A stretch of 64,000 bases of DNA from an uncultured Bacilli bacterium (GTDB lineage: Bacteria > Bacillota_I > Bacilli_A > RF39 > UBA660): positions 3,300 through 67,299 of the forward strand of contig CANRCC010000004.1 in assembly GCA_947629025.1 (NCBI GenBank), written 5' to 3'. The position numbers were made by a program, and so were the translations under genes. Below the pieces are notes generated by a model, which saw nothing but the letters and a program-made list of their open reading frames with translations, did not search any database and was not told where the DNA came from. This document shows positions 10,064 through 19,093 of this stretch, piece after piece (within the stretch, counting starts at the first letter, position 1; every line of letters starts with the position of its first letter).

Positions 10064-11805
10064 TGAAAAAATATAATAATACTGATTTTAATATTAATAA
10101 TGTTAATGAAAGTGTTGAACTTTATGGTTGGGCTTCAAAAGTTAGAAATTTAGGAGGCTTAATTTTTATAGATTTAAGAGATAGAAGTGGTATTATACAG
10201 CTTACTATAAATCCAGATAGTTCTTGTTATGAAATAGCTGAAAAAGTAAGAAATGAATATGTGCTTAAAGTAAATGGTAAAATATGTGAAAGAGCTAGTA
10301 AAAATCCTAAAATTAAAACAGGTGATATAGAGGTAATAGTTGATAATATAGAAATACTTAATGAGGCAGCTACACCTATTTTTGAACTAGATAAAGATGA
10401 TGTATTAGAAGATACAAGACTTAGATATAGATATCTTGATTTAAGAAGAGATAACTTAAAAAATAACTTAATAACTAAACATAAAATTATGATGTGTACT
10501 AGAAAGTTTTTATCAGATAATGGTTTTATAGAAGTAGAAACTCCAATTTTATCTAAATCTACTCCAGAGGGTGCAAGAGATTATCTTGTTCCAAGTAGGG
10601 TAAATAAAGGTAGTTTTTATGCGCTTCCTCAAAGCCCTCAAATATATAAACAATTATTAATGATTGGTGGTATTGAAAAATATTTTCAAATTGCTAGATG
10701 TTTTCGTGATGAAGATTTAAGAGCAGATCGTCAACCAGAATTTACTCAAATAGATATGGAAATGAGTTTTGTTAATGAAGATGATGTAATAGATATTACT
10801 GAAAAATTATTTCAAAAAATATTTAAAGAAGTAAAAGGTATTGATATAAAATTACCATTAATAAGAATGCCTTATAATGAAGCAATTGATAAATATGGTT
10901 CTGATAAACCAGATCTTAGATTTAATATGGAAATTAATAATGTAGATGATATATTTAAAGTAACTGATTTTAAAGTATTTTCTGATACTATTAAAAATAA
11001 TGATAACATTTCTTGTATAAAAGTTGATGAAAAAAGCGAATATTTTTCTAGAAAGAAAATAGATGAATTAACTGAATTTGTAAAAGAATTTGGCGCAAAA
11101 GGATTACCATATGTAAAATATGAAAATAATGAATTTAAAGGTGGTATTAGTAAGTTTTTAAGTAGTGAAGAAAAAAGTAATCTAATAAAGAAATTAAATA
11201 TTAAAAATAATGATATATTATTTTTTGGTTCTGATAAAAAAGATATTGTTAAAACATCACTTGGTGCGCTTAGATGCAAACTTGCTAAAGAGTTAGATTT
11301 AATTAAAAAAGGTGAATATAAATTTCTTTGGGTAACAGATTTTCCATCATTTGAATGGAGTAGTGAAGAAAATAGATATGTATCATCTCATCATCCATTT
11401 ACTGCCCCTAAAGATGAAGATATTGATAAGCTTTTAACTGATAAAGCAAATTGTTATTCAAAAGCTTATGATATAGTATGTAATGGTTATGAAGCAGGTG
11501 GTGGATCTATTCGTATTCATAATGAAGAAGTACAAAAGAAAATGTTTGAAGCACTTGAATTAACAAAAGAAGATATTGAGGAAAAATTTGGATTTTTTGT
11601 AAATGCATTTAAGTATGGAACTCCTCCACATGGTGGTCTTGCGATTGGTCTTGAAAGACTTACTATGCTTTTATGTGAAACTGATAATATAAAGGATGTA
11701 ATAGCATTTCCTAAAACATCATCAGCTAGTTGTCTTATGAGTGATGCACCAAATATTGTAGATAAAAAGCAGCTTGATGAATTAAAAATAGAAGTAAATT
11801 TATAA
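10063..11805 (+). CDS. aspS: Aspartate--tRNA ligase (bacterial type)
   Basis: 580 aa. Motifs FRDEDLRADRQPEFTQID, GGGSIRIH and GLAIGLERL. Follows hisS as in Bacillus, with nth between them here. Confidence 0.93.
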   Translation: MKKYNNTDFNINNVNESVELYGWASKVRNLGGLIFIDLRDRSGIIQLTINPDSSCYEIAEKVRNEYVLKVNGKICERASKNPKIKTGDIEVIVDNIEILNEAATPIFELDKDDVLEDTRLRYRYLDLRRDNLKNNLITKHKIMMCTRKFLSDNGFIEVETPILSKSTPEGARDYLVPSRVNKGSFYALPQSPQIYKQLLMIGGIEKYFQIARCFRDEDLRADRQPEFTQIDMEMSFVNEDDVIDITEKLFQKIFKEVKGIDIKLPLIRMPYNEAIDKYGSDKPDLRFNMEINNVDDIFKVTDFKVFSDTIKNNDNISCIKVDEKSEYFSRKKIDELTEFVKEFGAKGLPYVKYENNEFKGGISKFLSSEEKSNLIKKLNIKNNDILFFGSDKKDIVKTSLGALRCKLAKELDLIKKGEYKFLWVTDFPSFEWSSEENRYVSSHHPFTAPKDEDIDKLLTDKANCYSKAYDIVCNGYEAGGGSIRIHNEEVQKKMFEALELTKEDIEEKFGFFVNAFKYGTPPHGGLAIGLERLTMLLCETDNIKDVIAFPKTSSASCLMSDAPNIVDKKQLDELKIEVNL

Positions 11806-11867
11806 AATAAAAGTAAAGTTTTGTCAAAAGACTTTTCTTTTTATTAATTTTGTGCTACTATATATTT

Positions 11868-12040
11868 ACCTATAAAGGAACAATCAGGTGAACATAAAAC
11901 CGACTAAACGATTATAAGGGAACCAGAATTAATAGATGGTGTTGAATACTTATTTTATATAAGGATCCTGAAATCTATTATGGGGTACCCACCTGCACAT
12001 ACGTGTAGGTTTATCGTCCCTGACCTTTATAGGTTTTTTT
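11868..12040 (+). ncRNA. ssrS: Candidate 6S RNA (SsrS/BsrA-like)
   Basis: About 173 nt between aspS and an independent promoter for the next gene. By eye it folds into one long imperfect hairpin. Pairings are 11869-11878 cctataaagg with 12024-12033 cctttatagg, tcagg 11884-11888 with cctga 12019-12023, ataaaacc 11894-11901 with ggtttat 12008-12014, and aatagat 11931-11937 with atctatt 11973-11979. There is an apical hairpin at about 11945-11970, and the RNA ends in T7 (12034-12040). An extended -10 TGcTACTAT lies at 11853-11861. The rod-with-bulges shape, the size and the position near aspS and the yrvM/tcdA homologue fit 6S RNA. No covariance model was run. Confidence 0.55.
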
Positions 12041-12044
12041 ATGC

Positions 12045-12073
12045 TTGAAAGAATAATAGAAATATATTATAAT
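12045..12073 (+). promoter_or_regulatory. Sigma-A type promoter for the 12097 gene
   Basis: TTGAAA, 17 nt spacer, then TATAAT, immediately after the T7 tract of the upstream RNA and 23 nt before ATG 12097. Confidence 0.55.
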
Positions 12074-12096
12074 ATGAAATTGTTGAGGTGGTAATT

Positions 12097-12924
12097 ATGA
12101 AAGAAATAAATGACTTATTTGATGATATTTTTGGTCCAGTTGATGAAAAAATGTTAAATGATATTAAGGTTACAGTAGATGATATGAGTGATGATAATAT
12201 TAAAAATCAAGCAATTAATTATATAGATGGACTAATAAATGAAAAAAAATATTATGCAAGTATAGCACATGAAAATATTGGTAAAATGATTAGATACTAT
12301 ATTGCTATTGGTATGTGTTGCCAAAAAAAAGGACAATATGAAGAAGCAATTAATTTTTATAAAGAAGGAAAAATAGCAACTAATGATAATATATTTGATT
12401 ATCTTTTAGGTGTATGTTATTTTAAACTTAAAGATTATCAGCGTGGTGGCGATTTTATGTCAAAATATAAAGAAAATGGATATGTTAAACTTGCAGAATG
12501 TAATACTTATTTATCAGAAAATTATAATCGCTTAGCTAAGAAAGCTTCAAAAGGATGTAATAAATATTCTAATCTAAGTAAAGCAACAAAGTGTGCGAAT
12601 ATGGCAAAACTTATAAAAGCAATAAAAAATAATTCTCTTTTGAATCCTAATGAATTTAATAAAGATATTAAAAAACTAGAAGAAGTTAGTAAGTTAATTA
12701 ATATGGGTAAAATTAATGATGTAGTTGATATATTTGAAACAGCTACTGCAAATGAAAAGATTAGAATATTAAGATTATTATATAAAAATGGAAGACAAGC
12801 AACTGCAGATAAATTATTAAAAAATAATAGAGAAGAATTAAGAAAGTATTTACCACAAAAGCTTAGAAAATTAGAAAATAATAAAGCATTATACTTAAAA
12901 CAATATAAACTTGGATGTAATTAA
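12097..12924 (+). CDS. Hypothetical protein with TPR-like segment
   Basis: Track ORF is 12088..12924. ATG 12097 is preferred because GAGGTGG lies 7 nt upstream. The segment QYEEAINFYKEGKIATNDNIFDYLLGVCYFKLKDYQRGGDFMSKY is TPR-like. Confidence 0.6.
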   Translation: MKEINDLFDDIFGPVDEKMLNDIKVTVDDMSDDNIKNQAINYIDGLINEKKYYASIAHENIGKMIRYYIAIGMCCQKKGQYEEAINFYKEGKIATNDNIFDYLLGVCYFKLKDYQRGGDFMSKYKENGYVKLAECNTYLSENYNRLAKKASKGCNKYSNLSKATKCANMAKLIKAIKNNSLLNPNEFNKDIKKLEEVSKLINMGKINDVVDIFETATANEKIRILRLLYKNGRQATADKLLKNNREELRKYLPQKLRKLENNKALYLKQYKLGCN

Positions 12925-12925
12925 T

Positions 12926-13606
12926 ATGTTTGATAGATTAGAAAAATTAATTGGTAATCATTTAATAGAAAGATTACATTCAAAAGTAGTTGCAATTATT
13001 GGTCTTGGTGGAGTAGGTGGTTATGTAGTTGAAACACTTATTCGTAATGGAATAGAAAATATAATAATTGTAGATAATGATAAAATTGATATAACAAATA
13101 AAAATAGGCAGATAATTGCACTTAATAGTACTATTTCTAATTATAAAGTAGATGCATTTGAAAAAAGAATTAAAGATATTAATAAAAATGTTAATGTCAT
13201 AAAATTAAATTTATTTTTAAATGAAGAAACTAAAAAAGAATTATTTAAATATGATATTGATTATATAGTTGATGCTTGTGATACTATAAGTACTAAAATA
13301 ATGCTTATAAGAGAATGTTTAAATAGAGATATTAAAATTATATCTAGTATGGGTACAGGAAATAAATTTAATCCACATAAATTAAAAATAATGGATATAT
13401 GGGATACTAATTATGATCCTCTTGCTAAAGTAGTAAGACATGAGTTAAATAAATTAAATATTAAAAGTAATGTTTTAGTGCTTTCTAGTGATGAAGAGGT
13501 TAAGATTAAAAATAAAACACCTGGTTCATATAGTGTAGTACCAAATATTTCAGGTATTTTAATTGCTGATTATATTATTAAAGACATAATAAAAACAGAA
13601 GATTAA
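12926..13606 (+). CDS. tcdA: ThiF/MoeB-family tRNA threonylcarbamoyladenosine dehydratase (TcdA/YrvM-like)
   Basis: Rossmann motif IIGLGGVGGY, about 226 aa, and a position downstream of aspS like B. subtilis yrvM. ATG 12926 is preferred over TTG 12911. Confidence 0.75.
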   Translation: MFDRLEKLIGNHLIERLHSKVVAIIGLGGVGGYVVETLIRNGIENIIIVDNDKIDITNKNRQIIALNSTISNYKVDAFEKRIKDINKNVNVIKLNLFLNEETKKELFKYDIDYIVDACDTISTKIMLIRECLNRDIKIISSMGTGNKFNPHKLKIMDIWDTNYDPLAKVVRHELNKLNIKSNVLVLSSDEEVKIKNKTPGSYSVVPNISGILIADYIIKDIIKTED

Positions 13607-13617
13607 TCTTCTGTTTT
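13592..13617. terminator. Bidirectional intrinsic terminator shared by tcdA and rarA
   Basis: Perfect 26-nt palindrome aaaacagaagattaatcttctgtttt, flanked by A and T runs. Both stop codons (13604-13606 on + and 13603-13605 on -) lie in its loop. Confidence 0.7.
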
Positions 13618-14826
13618 ATTTATTTTCTTTATTTTTTCATAAATATCATTTAACATTTTTTCATATTTACTAGTTAATTTTGCTTTATAATATTCTTTAT
13701 TTATTAAATTATCTGGCATATATTGTTGTTTTACATAAGAACCTTTATAATTATGAGGATATTTATATATAGTAGAATCAATTCTAATTGTTTCTGGAAT
13801 AGGGTAGTTATTACCATTTTCAATATCTGCAATTGCAGCATTTAAAGCTTCATTAGCACTATTTGATTTAGGAGATAGGGCCATTTCTATTATTACAACT
13901 GATAATGGAATAATTGCTTCTGGCATACCAACTCTTTCACATGCATTAATACAAGCATCTACTTTTGGACCAATTTCAGGATTAGCAAGTCCAATATCTT
14001 CATATGCAATTACAGTCATTCTTCTAAAAATACTATCTAAATCATCAATAACAAGTAATCTTGCTAGATAGTGAAGTGAAGCATTAACATCAGATCCTCT
14101 AATTGATTTTTGAAATGCACTAAGTAAATCATAATGTCCAGTTTCATTTTTATCTGCAAATAAAGCAGGTTTATTATTTATTTTTGTTACAACATCCATA
14201 GTTATTTTTTTATCACTAGTACTATAATAACATATTTCTAGTAAATTATATGCACATCTTAAATCCCCAGATGAAAGTTTAGCAATATATTCTATAACAT
14301 CATTATTAATTTTTATTCCTTTTAAATATTCAGTTTTACAAGCATTTTTTAGTGCTAAAATTATATCATCTAAAGTAAGTGGTTTAAGTTCAAATATTTG
14401 GCATCTACTTCTAATTGCTGGATTAATTTTATGATAAGGATTTGATGTTGTAAGTCCAATTAAAGTAATAAGACCAGACTCTAAATGAGGAAGCAATATA
14501 TCTTGTTTATCTTTATTAAGTCTATGTATTTCATCCATTATTAATATTATTCCATCATACATTTTTGCTTCTTCAATTACAATTTCTATATCTTTTTTAT
14601 TATTAATAGTAGCATTAAGCATTCTATATTTTAAATTAGTAGAACCAGATATTGCTTGCGCAATAGATGTTTTACCTATACCTGGTTGTCCATAAAGTAT
14701 CATTGAAAATATTCTACCATTATTAACAAAATTCCTAATAGGAGCATCTTTTCCAACTAAGTGTTTTTGTCCTATTACGTCATCTATATTTTTAGGTCTT
14801 AATTTAATTGCTAAAGGTTCAATCAT
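13603..14826 (-). CDS. rarA: Replication-associated recombination protein A (RarA/MgsA AAA+ ATPase)
   Basis: 407 aa. Walker A GQPGIGKTS, Walker B ILIMDEIHR and an MgsA-type C-terminal helical domain. Confidence 0.88.
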   Translation of the reverse strand: MIEPLAIKLRPKNIDDVIGQKHLVGKDAPIRNFVNNGRIFSMILYGQPGIGKTSIAQAISGSTNLKYRMLNATINNKKDIEIVIEEAKMYDGIILIMDEIHRLNKDKQDILLPHLESGLITLIGLTTSNPYHKINPAIRSRCQIFELKPLTLDDIILALKNACKTEYLKGIKINNDVIEYIAKLSSGDLRCAYNLLEICYYSTSDKKITMDVVTKINNKPALFADKNETGHYDLLSAFQKSIRGSDVNASLHYLARLLVIDDLDSIFRRMTVIAYEDIGLANPEIGPKVDACINACERVGMPEAIIPLSVVIIEMALSPKSNSANEALNAAIADIENGNNYPIPETIRIDSTIYKYPHNYKGSYVKQQYMPDNLINKEYYKAKLTSKYEKMLNDIYEKIKKINKTED

Positions 14827-14883
14827 AATATCACATCCATAATAATTATACTATATTATTAAACTTATTTCTACTAAGATGAT

Positions 14884-14912
14884 TTGACTATTATTTTTAA
14901 ATGTAGTAATAT
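14884..14912 (+). promoter_or_regulatory. Sigma-A type promoter for the 14931 gene
   Basis: TTGACT, 17 nt spacer, then TAATAT, followed by RBS TAGGAGA and ATG 14931. Confidence 0.5.
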
Positions 14913-14930
14913 TATGTTAGGAGATATGAT

Positions 14931-15419
14931 ATGACAAAAGAATTAACTGAATTTTTTAAAAAATTAGAAAAAGAAAATAAATATGATTATTTTTTACTAA
15001 GAAAGCTTTATATAAATCCTGAATCGGTATTTAATGATAAAGATGAGGATATAGATAAAGAAAATTACTATGATAAAAATACTATTTATAGTTATATGTT
15101 TAATAATAATTTTTTAACTTTTTTAGATTTAGCTTATGATGATGATGGATTTTTAAATAAATTAAACTATAATATGTTAAAAAGTATATATGAGTTTTTA
15201 AATGAGGTAGATAGAATTGTATTAATTAATACTGATAATACTTTTACTCATACTGAGATTTTTGAATTTATAAAATCAAGAATAGTTGATAAAAAACTAT
15301 ATAAGATGGATAATGTAAGAGAAAAAATGAAAAAATATAATCTTGATGTTTCATATAATTTATTAATTACTACAGAACAATATATGGATTTTTATAGTGA
15401 TCAAATTAATAGAAGATAG
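14931..15419 (+). CDS. Hypothetical protein
   Basis: 162-aa ORF with its own promoter, RBS and downstream terminator. No recognisable motif. Confidence 0.6.
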   Translation: MTKELTEFFKKLEKENKYDYFLLRKLYINPESVFNDKDEDIDKENYYDKNTIYSYMFNNNFLTFLDLAYDDDGFLNKLNYNMLKSIYEFLNEVDRIVLINTDNTFTHTEIFEFIKSRIVDKKLYKMDNVREKMKKYNLDVSYNLLITTEQYMDFYSDQINRR

Positions 15420-15420
15420 T

Positions 15421-15452
15421 GACAACTAATGTAAAATTAGGTTGTCTTTTAT
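15421..15452 (+). terminator. Intrinsic terminator after 14931..15419
   Basis: Stem gacaac/gttgtc (15421-15426 / 15441-15446) followed by ttttatttt. Confidence 0.5.
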
Positions 15453-15486
15453 TTTACAAAATAGTATAATTATTATAGGTGATAAT

Positions 15487-16386
15487 ATGAATATAGAAAA
15501 TCAAATAGAAGATTATATTAAATATATTACACTTGAAAGACAATTAAGTATTAATACTATTGATGGATATAAAAAAGATTTAATTGATTTTTTTAGTTTT
15601 CTAAATAAAGATTATAAAAATATTAAAAGAGTAGATATAACTAATTATATTGAATATCTATCTTCAAAATTAAATTCTAAAAGTGTTAATAGACATATTG
15701 TATCAATTAGAAATTATTTTAAATTTTTATTACGAAATGGATATATAAAAGAAAATCCATGTGATGATATAGTTGGTCTTAAAATGCCTAAAACAATGCC
15801 ACATGTATTAAGTATAGAAGATATTGATAAATTACTTGATATAAAAGTTATAGATGCTAAAACTAGTAGAGATAAATCTATGCTTGAACTTATGTATTCT
15901 TGTGGGCTTAGAGTTTCTGAATTACTTGATTTAAAAGTTAATGATATAGATTTTAATATGAACATTGTTAAATGTTTTGGTAAAGGTAGTAAAGAAAGAA
16001 TAGTTCCACTTAGTGATATTGCAACAATATATTTAAAAGAATATATTAATTTATATAGAGTATCATTACTTAAAAATAATGTATCAGATATATTATTTTT
16101 AAATGTTAGGGGAGGCAAACTATCAAGACAAGGCTTTTTTAAAATATTAAAAGAATTAGCATTAAAAAAAGGAATAGATAAAGATATATCACCACATACT
16201 ATAAGACATTCATTTGCTACTCATTTAATTAATAATGGAGCAGATTTAAGAAGTGTTCAAACTATGCTTGGGCATGAAAATATTAAAACAACACAAATAT
16301 ATACACATATATCTAATAATTATAAAAAAGAAAAGTATGAGAATGCTCATCCAAGAAATAAAAAATATAAGGAGAAATTATTATGA
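15487..16386 (+). CDS. xerD: Tyrosine recombinase XerD/XerC family
   Basis: About 299 aa. N-terminal SAM-like domain (ERQLSINTIDGYKKDL) and catalytic residues in GLRVSEL, HTIRHSFATHL and LGHENIKTTQIYTH. ATG 15487 has an AGGTGA RBS, and the TTG at 15442 is more likely a -35 box. The XerD versus XerC choice is uncertain. Confidence 0.8.
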   Translation: MNIENQIEDYIKYITLERQLSINTIDGYKKDLIDFFSFLNKDYKNIKRVDITNYIEYLSSKLNSKSVNRHIVSIRNYFKFLLRNGYIKENPCDDIVGLKMPKTMPHVLSIEDIDKLLDIKVIDAKTSRDKSMLELMYSCGLRVSELLDLKVNDIDFNMNIVKCFGKGSKERIVPLSDIATIYLKEYINLYRVSLLKNNVSDILFLNVRGGKLSRQGFFKILKELALKKGIDKDISPHTIRHSFATHLINNGADLRSVQTMLGHENIKTTQIYTHISNNYKKEKYENAHPRNKKYKEKLL

Positions 16387-18014
16387 ATAAAAAATATGAA
16401 GAATGGTTAAATGATAAATATATAAAAGAAGAAGATAAACAAATATTAAGAAATATGACTCCTAGTGATATTGAATCTAGTTTTAATAAAGAATTAAAAT
16501 TTGGAACTGCAGGAATAAGAGGAATAATGGGTCTTGGAAATAGTAAGATAAATGAATATACTATTGGTAAAGTTACGGTAGGTCTTGCTAAATATCTAAA
16601 TAAAAATTTTAAAAATCCTAGTGTAGTAATCGCATATGATACAAGAAATAATTCTGATATATTTGCTAAAAATGTATGTTTAATATTAAATTATTATAAT
16701 ATAAAGACTTATTTATTTAGTGAATATACATCAACTCCTGAATTATCTTTTGCTGTAAAATATTTAAATTGTACTAATGGAATAGTTATTACATCTTCTC
16801 ATAATGCTAAAGAATATAATGGATATAAAGTATATAACAAGTTAGGAGGGCAAATAGTGCCTCCAGAAGATGATTTAATAATAAAAGAGATAAAAAGTAT
16901 ATCTAGCTTTGAAATGATTAAATATGCGAATGAAAATAATGAATTATTTAATATAGTTTCAAGTGATGTTCATAATGCATTTTTAATTGAAAATGAAAAA
17001 GTAATTATAAATAAAGATTTAATAAAAAAATATGCAAAAGATATTAAAGTAACATATTCATCTCTTCATGGTGTTGGAATAAAGACAGCTAAAGAATTAT
17101 TAGATAAATATAATTTTAACTATAATATTGTAAAAGAACAATGCATATATGATAGTAATTTTACAACAGCTAAAGAACCAAATCCTGAATATTTATTTAA
17201 CTATGATTTAGCTAAAGAATATGCTAGTAAAAATAATTCTGATATAATTATACTAACAGATCCAGATGCTGATAGAGTAGGGGTTATGTATAAAGATAAT
17301 AACAAATATAAATATATTAATGGTAATATGCTTGGTATTTTATTTGCTAATTACATAATTGATAATAAAACAATAAAAAATAATTCATATATGATAAAAA
17401 GTATTGTTACAACACCAATGCTTAATAAAATATGTGAGTTAAATAATATAAAATGTTATGAAGTATTAACAGGATGTAAGAATATAGCACATAAGAAAGA
17501 GCAATTAAAAGATGAAAACTATTTATTTGGATATGAGGAAAGCTTAGGATATATGTTTGATATAAATGTATCAGATAAAAATGGATTTTCTAGTATGCTT
17601 TCAATTCTTGAAATAATGTGTTTTTGTAAAGAAAATAATATAGAACTTGGTGATTATATAGATAATATTTATAAAAAATATGGTTATTATCAAGAAGAAA
17701 CTATAAGTATTACTTATGATAATATAAAAGATGATTTAACAAGTAAAATTATGGGTTATTTTAGGGAAAATAGTCCTAAATTTAATAATCAAAATTATGT
17801 AGTTACTGATTATTTAAAAGAAGATGAAAGTATAAACACAAATGCACTTAAATATGTATTTAATGATGATTCATTTATAATATTAAGACCATCTGGAACA
17901 GAACCAAAAATAAAAATATATATGGGTGTTAAAGGAAATAATATAAATGACTCACAAAATAAATTAAATCAATTAAAAGAAGAAATAAATACTATAATAG
18001 GAAAGTTAATATAA
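16383..18014 (+). CDS. Phospho-sugar mutase (alpha-D-phosphohexomutase family; PgcA-like)
   Basis: Phosphoserine loop TSSHNAKEYNGYK, metal loop DPDADR, sugar loop GYEESLG and phosphate loop RPSGTEPKIKIY. Confidence 0.85.
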   Translation: MNKKYEEWLNDKYIKEEDKQILRNMTPSDIESSFNKELKFGTAGIRGIMGLGNSKINEYTIGKVTVGLAKYLNKNFKNPSVVIAYDTRNNSDIFAKNVCLILNYYNIKTYLFSEYTSTPELSFAVKYLNCTNGIVITSSHNAKEYNGYKVYNKLGGQIVPPEDDLIIKEIKSISSFEMIKYANENNELFNIVSSDVHNAFLIENEKVIINKDLIKKYAKDIKVTYSSLHGVGIKTAKELLDKYNFNYNIVKEQCIYDSNFTTAKEPNPEYLFNYDLAKEYASKNNSDIIILTDPDADRVGVMYKDNNKYKYINGNMLGILFANYIIDNKTIKNNSYMIKSIVTTPMLNKICELNNIKCYEVLTGCKNIAHKKEQLKDENYLFGYEESLGYMFDINVSDKNGFSSMLSILEIMCFCKENNIELGDYIDNIYKKYGYYQEETISITYDNIKDDLTSKIMGYFRENSPKFNNQNYVVTDYLKEDESINTNALKYVFNDDSFIILRPSGTEPKIKIYMGVKGNNINDSQNKLNQLKEEINTIIGKLI

Positions 18015-18118
18015 AGTATTTTCTTATAAAATAAGGTTTTTTATGGATTTTAGTTGACAAATATCTGAAAATTGTTGTATAATAATCTCATTTGTAAAAA
18101 ATGAAAGGAGAGGATTAT

Positions 18119-18577
18119 ATGACAAATATAGACATAAAAAATTTATATGATAAATATTTGTTTATTACAACAACAAATGGTTCAAAATACAAAATAGAAA
18201 AGAAGAATATATATATTAATGACTCTTCTTCGTTTTATGGTGATAGATATATACTAAAATCAGATAAAGATAATAAAGATTTATATATATTACATGAAAT
18301 TTATTCATTAGAAGATAGTAGATTAAGATTCTGTTATGAGGTATATAAAAATGTTAAACTAGTTACAACTATAGAAAAAGATGAAGATAATAATGAAAGA
18401 AATATATTAGTAGTAGAAACATATGATAATAATAGCAAACAAGTATTAATTGGTAGTATTGGAAATATAGCAAGAATAGATAGTGATAAAATAGATGAAT
18501 TAAATACTAAAAAGAATAATGGTATATTAAGATTAGTATTAAAACCAAAAGATAAAGAAAATTTATTAGCAGCTTAA
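18119..18577 (+). CDS. Hypothetical protein
   Basis: Track ORF is 18101..18577. ATG 18119 is preferred because AAAGGAGAGG lies 5 nt upstream. A terminator follows. No recognisable motif. Confidence 0.55.
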   Translation: MTNIDIKNLYDKYLFITTTNGSKYKIEKKNIYINDSSSFYGDRYILKSDKDNKDLYILHEIYSLEDSRLRFCYEVYKNVKLVTTIEKDEDNNERNILVVETYDNNSKQVLIGSIGNIARIDSDKIDELNTKKNNGILRLVLKPKDKENLLAA

Positions 18578-18588
18578 AAAGGGTAGGA

Positions 18589-18626
18589 GAGAGTAAGAAT
18601 TTAATAGTTACTTACTCTTTTTTATT
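18589..18626 (+). terminator. Intrinsic terminator, last plus-strand unit before the strand switch
   Basis: Stem gagtaag/cttactc (18591-18597 / 18611-18617) followed by ttttttatttt. Confidence 0.6.
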
Positions 18627-18984
18627 TTATATAAATATATATAGTAAATAATTATATATAATAACTTAAAAATTTATTAATAATATATTCTAATGTAATG
18701 ATATAGTGTATTAAATTTAATTAAATTAAATGAATTTTATAATACTTAAATTTATTTTAACTCCCCCTACTTACTTACAATTAATATTTATATGTGTATA
18801 TACGTATACATAGTTAAATTAAATATAAATAACGTATGATGGATGATAGATAATAGATAATAAATAATAGGTAAATAAGTATATTTATATTATTAAAATA
18901 AAATATATAAATATAAGATTTAATTAATTTATAGATAATTTTTATAATTTAATTTTAATTATTATTTATATATAAAAAGAGTAA

Positions 18985-19046
18985 TAAATAAAAAAACTAT
19001 TTATATAAATGTATTATACTTAATTCTAATACATATATAAATAGTT
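18985..19046 (-). terminator. Intrinsic terminator of the XRE-family gene
   Basis: Inverted repeat ctatttatataaatgtatta (18997-19016) / taatacatatataaatag (19027-19044). On the minus strand a U run follows it (plus-strand A run ending at 18996). Confidence 0.6.
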
Positions 19047-19065
19047 ATTATTTATCAAATATATA

Positions 19066-19093
19066 ATTTCATATAATAATTATTATGTAAACT
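19066..19093. other. dif: Candidate dif site (XerC/XerD chromosome dimer resolution site)
   Basis: ATTTCATATAA-TAATTA-TTATGTAAACT. The right arm is identical to the B. subtilis dif XerD arm as I recall it (ACTTCCTAGAA-TATATA-TTATGTAAACT), and ATTATGTAAACT is an exact 12-nt match. The left arm matches 8/11, and the two arms form an 8/11 imperfect inverted repeat. It sits exactly at the gene-orientation switch. Confidence 0.6.

Noticed and set aside
11975-11995. tggggtacccacctg resembles part of the T-box motif GGTGGTACC, raising the possibility that the 11868-12040 RNA is a T-box or other leader of the next gene.
   Set aside because: The full GGTGGTACCGCG consensus, stem I elements and an antiterminator/terminator alternative are absent. 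The downstream gene is not an aaRS or amino-acid gene and has its own consensus promoter after the T7 tract.
15487-16386. Tyrosine recombinase as a marker of a prophage or integrative element.
   Set aside because: Its size, its XerD/XerC-type N-terminal domain and its housekeeping neighbours fit the chromosomal dimer-resolution recombinase. There are no phage, conjugation or att-like features nearby.
18795-18810. Hairpin-forming tgtata-tacg-tataca in the terminus gap, considered as a possible replication-terminator (RTP/Ter-like) site.
   Set aside because: It is only a 6-bp inverted repeat in very AT-rich DNA. It has no convincing similarity to the B. subtilis Ter consensus as I remember it, and no rtp-like gene is in the window.
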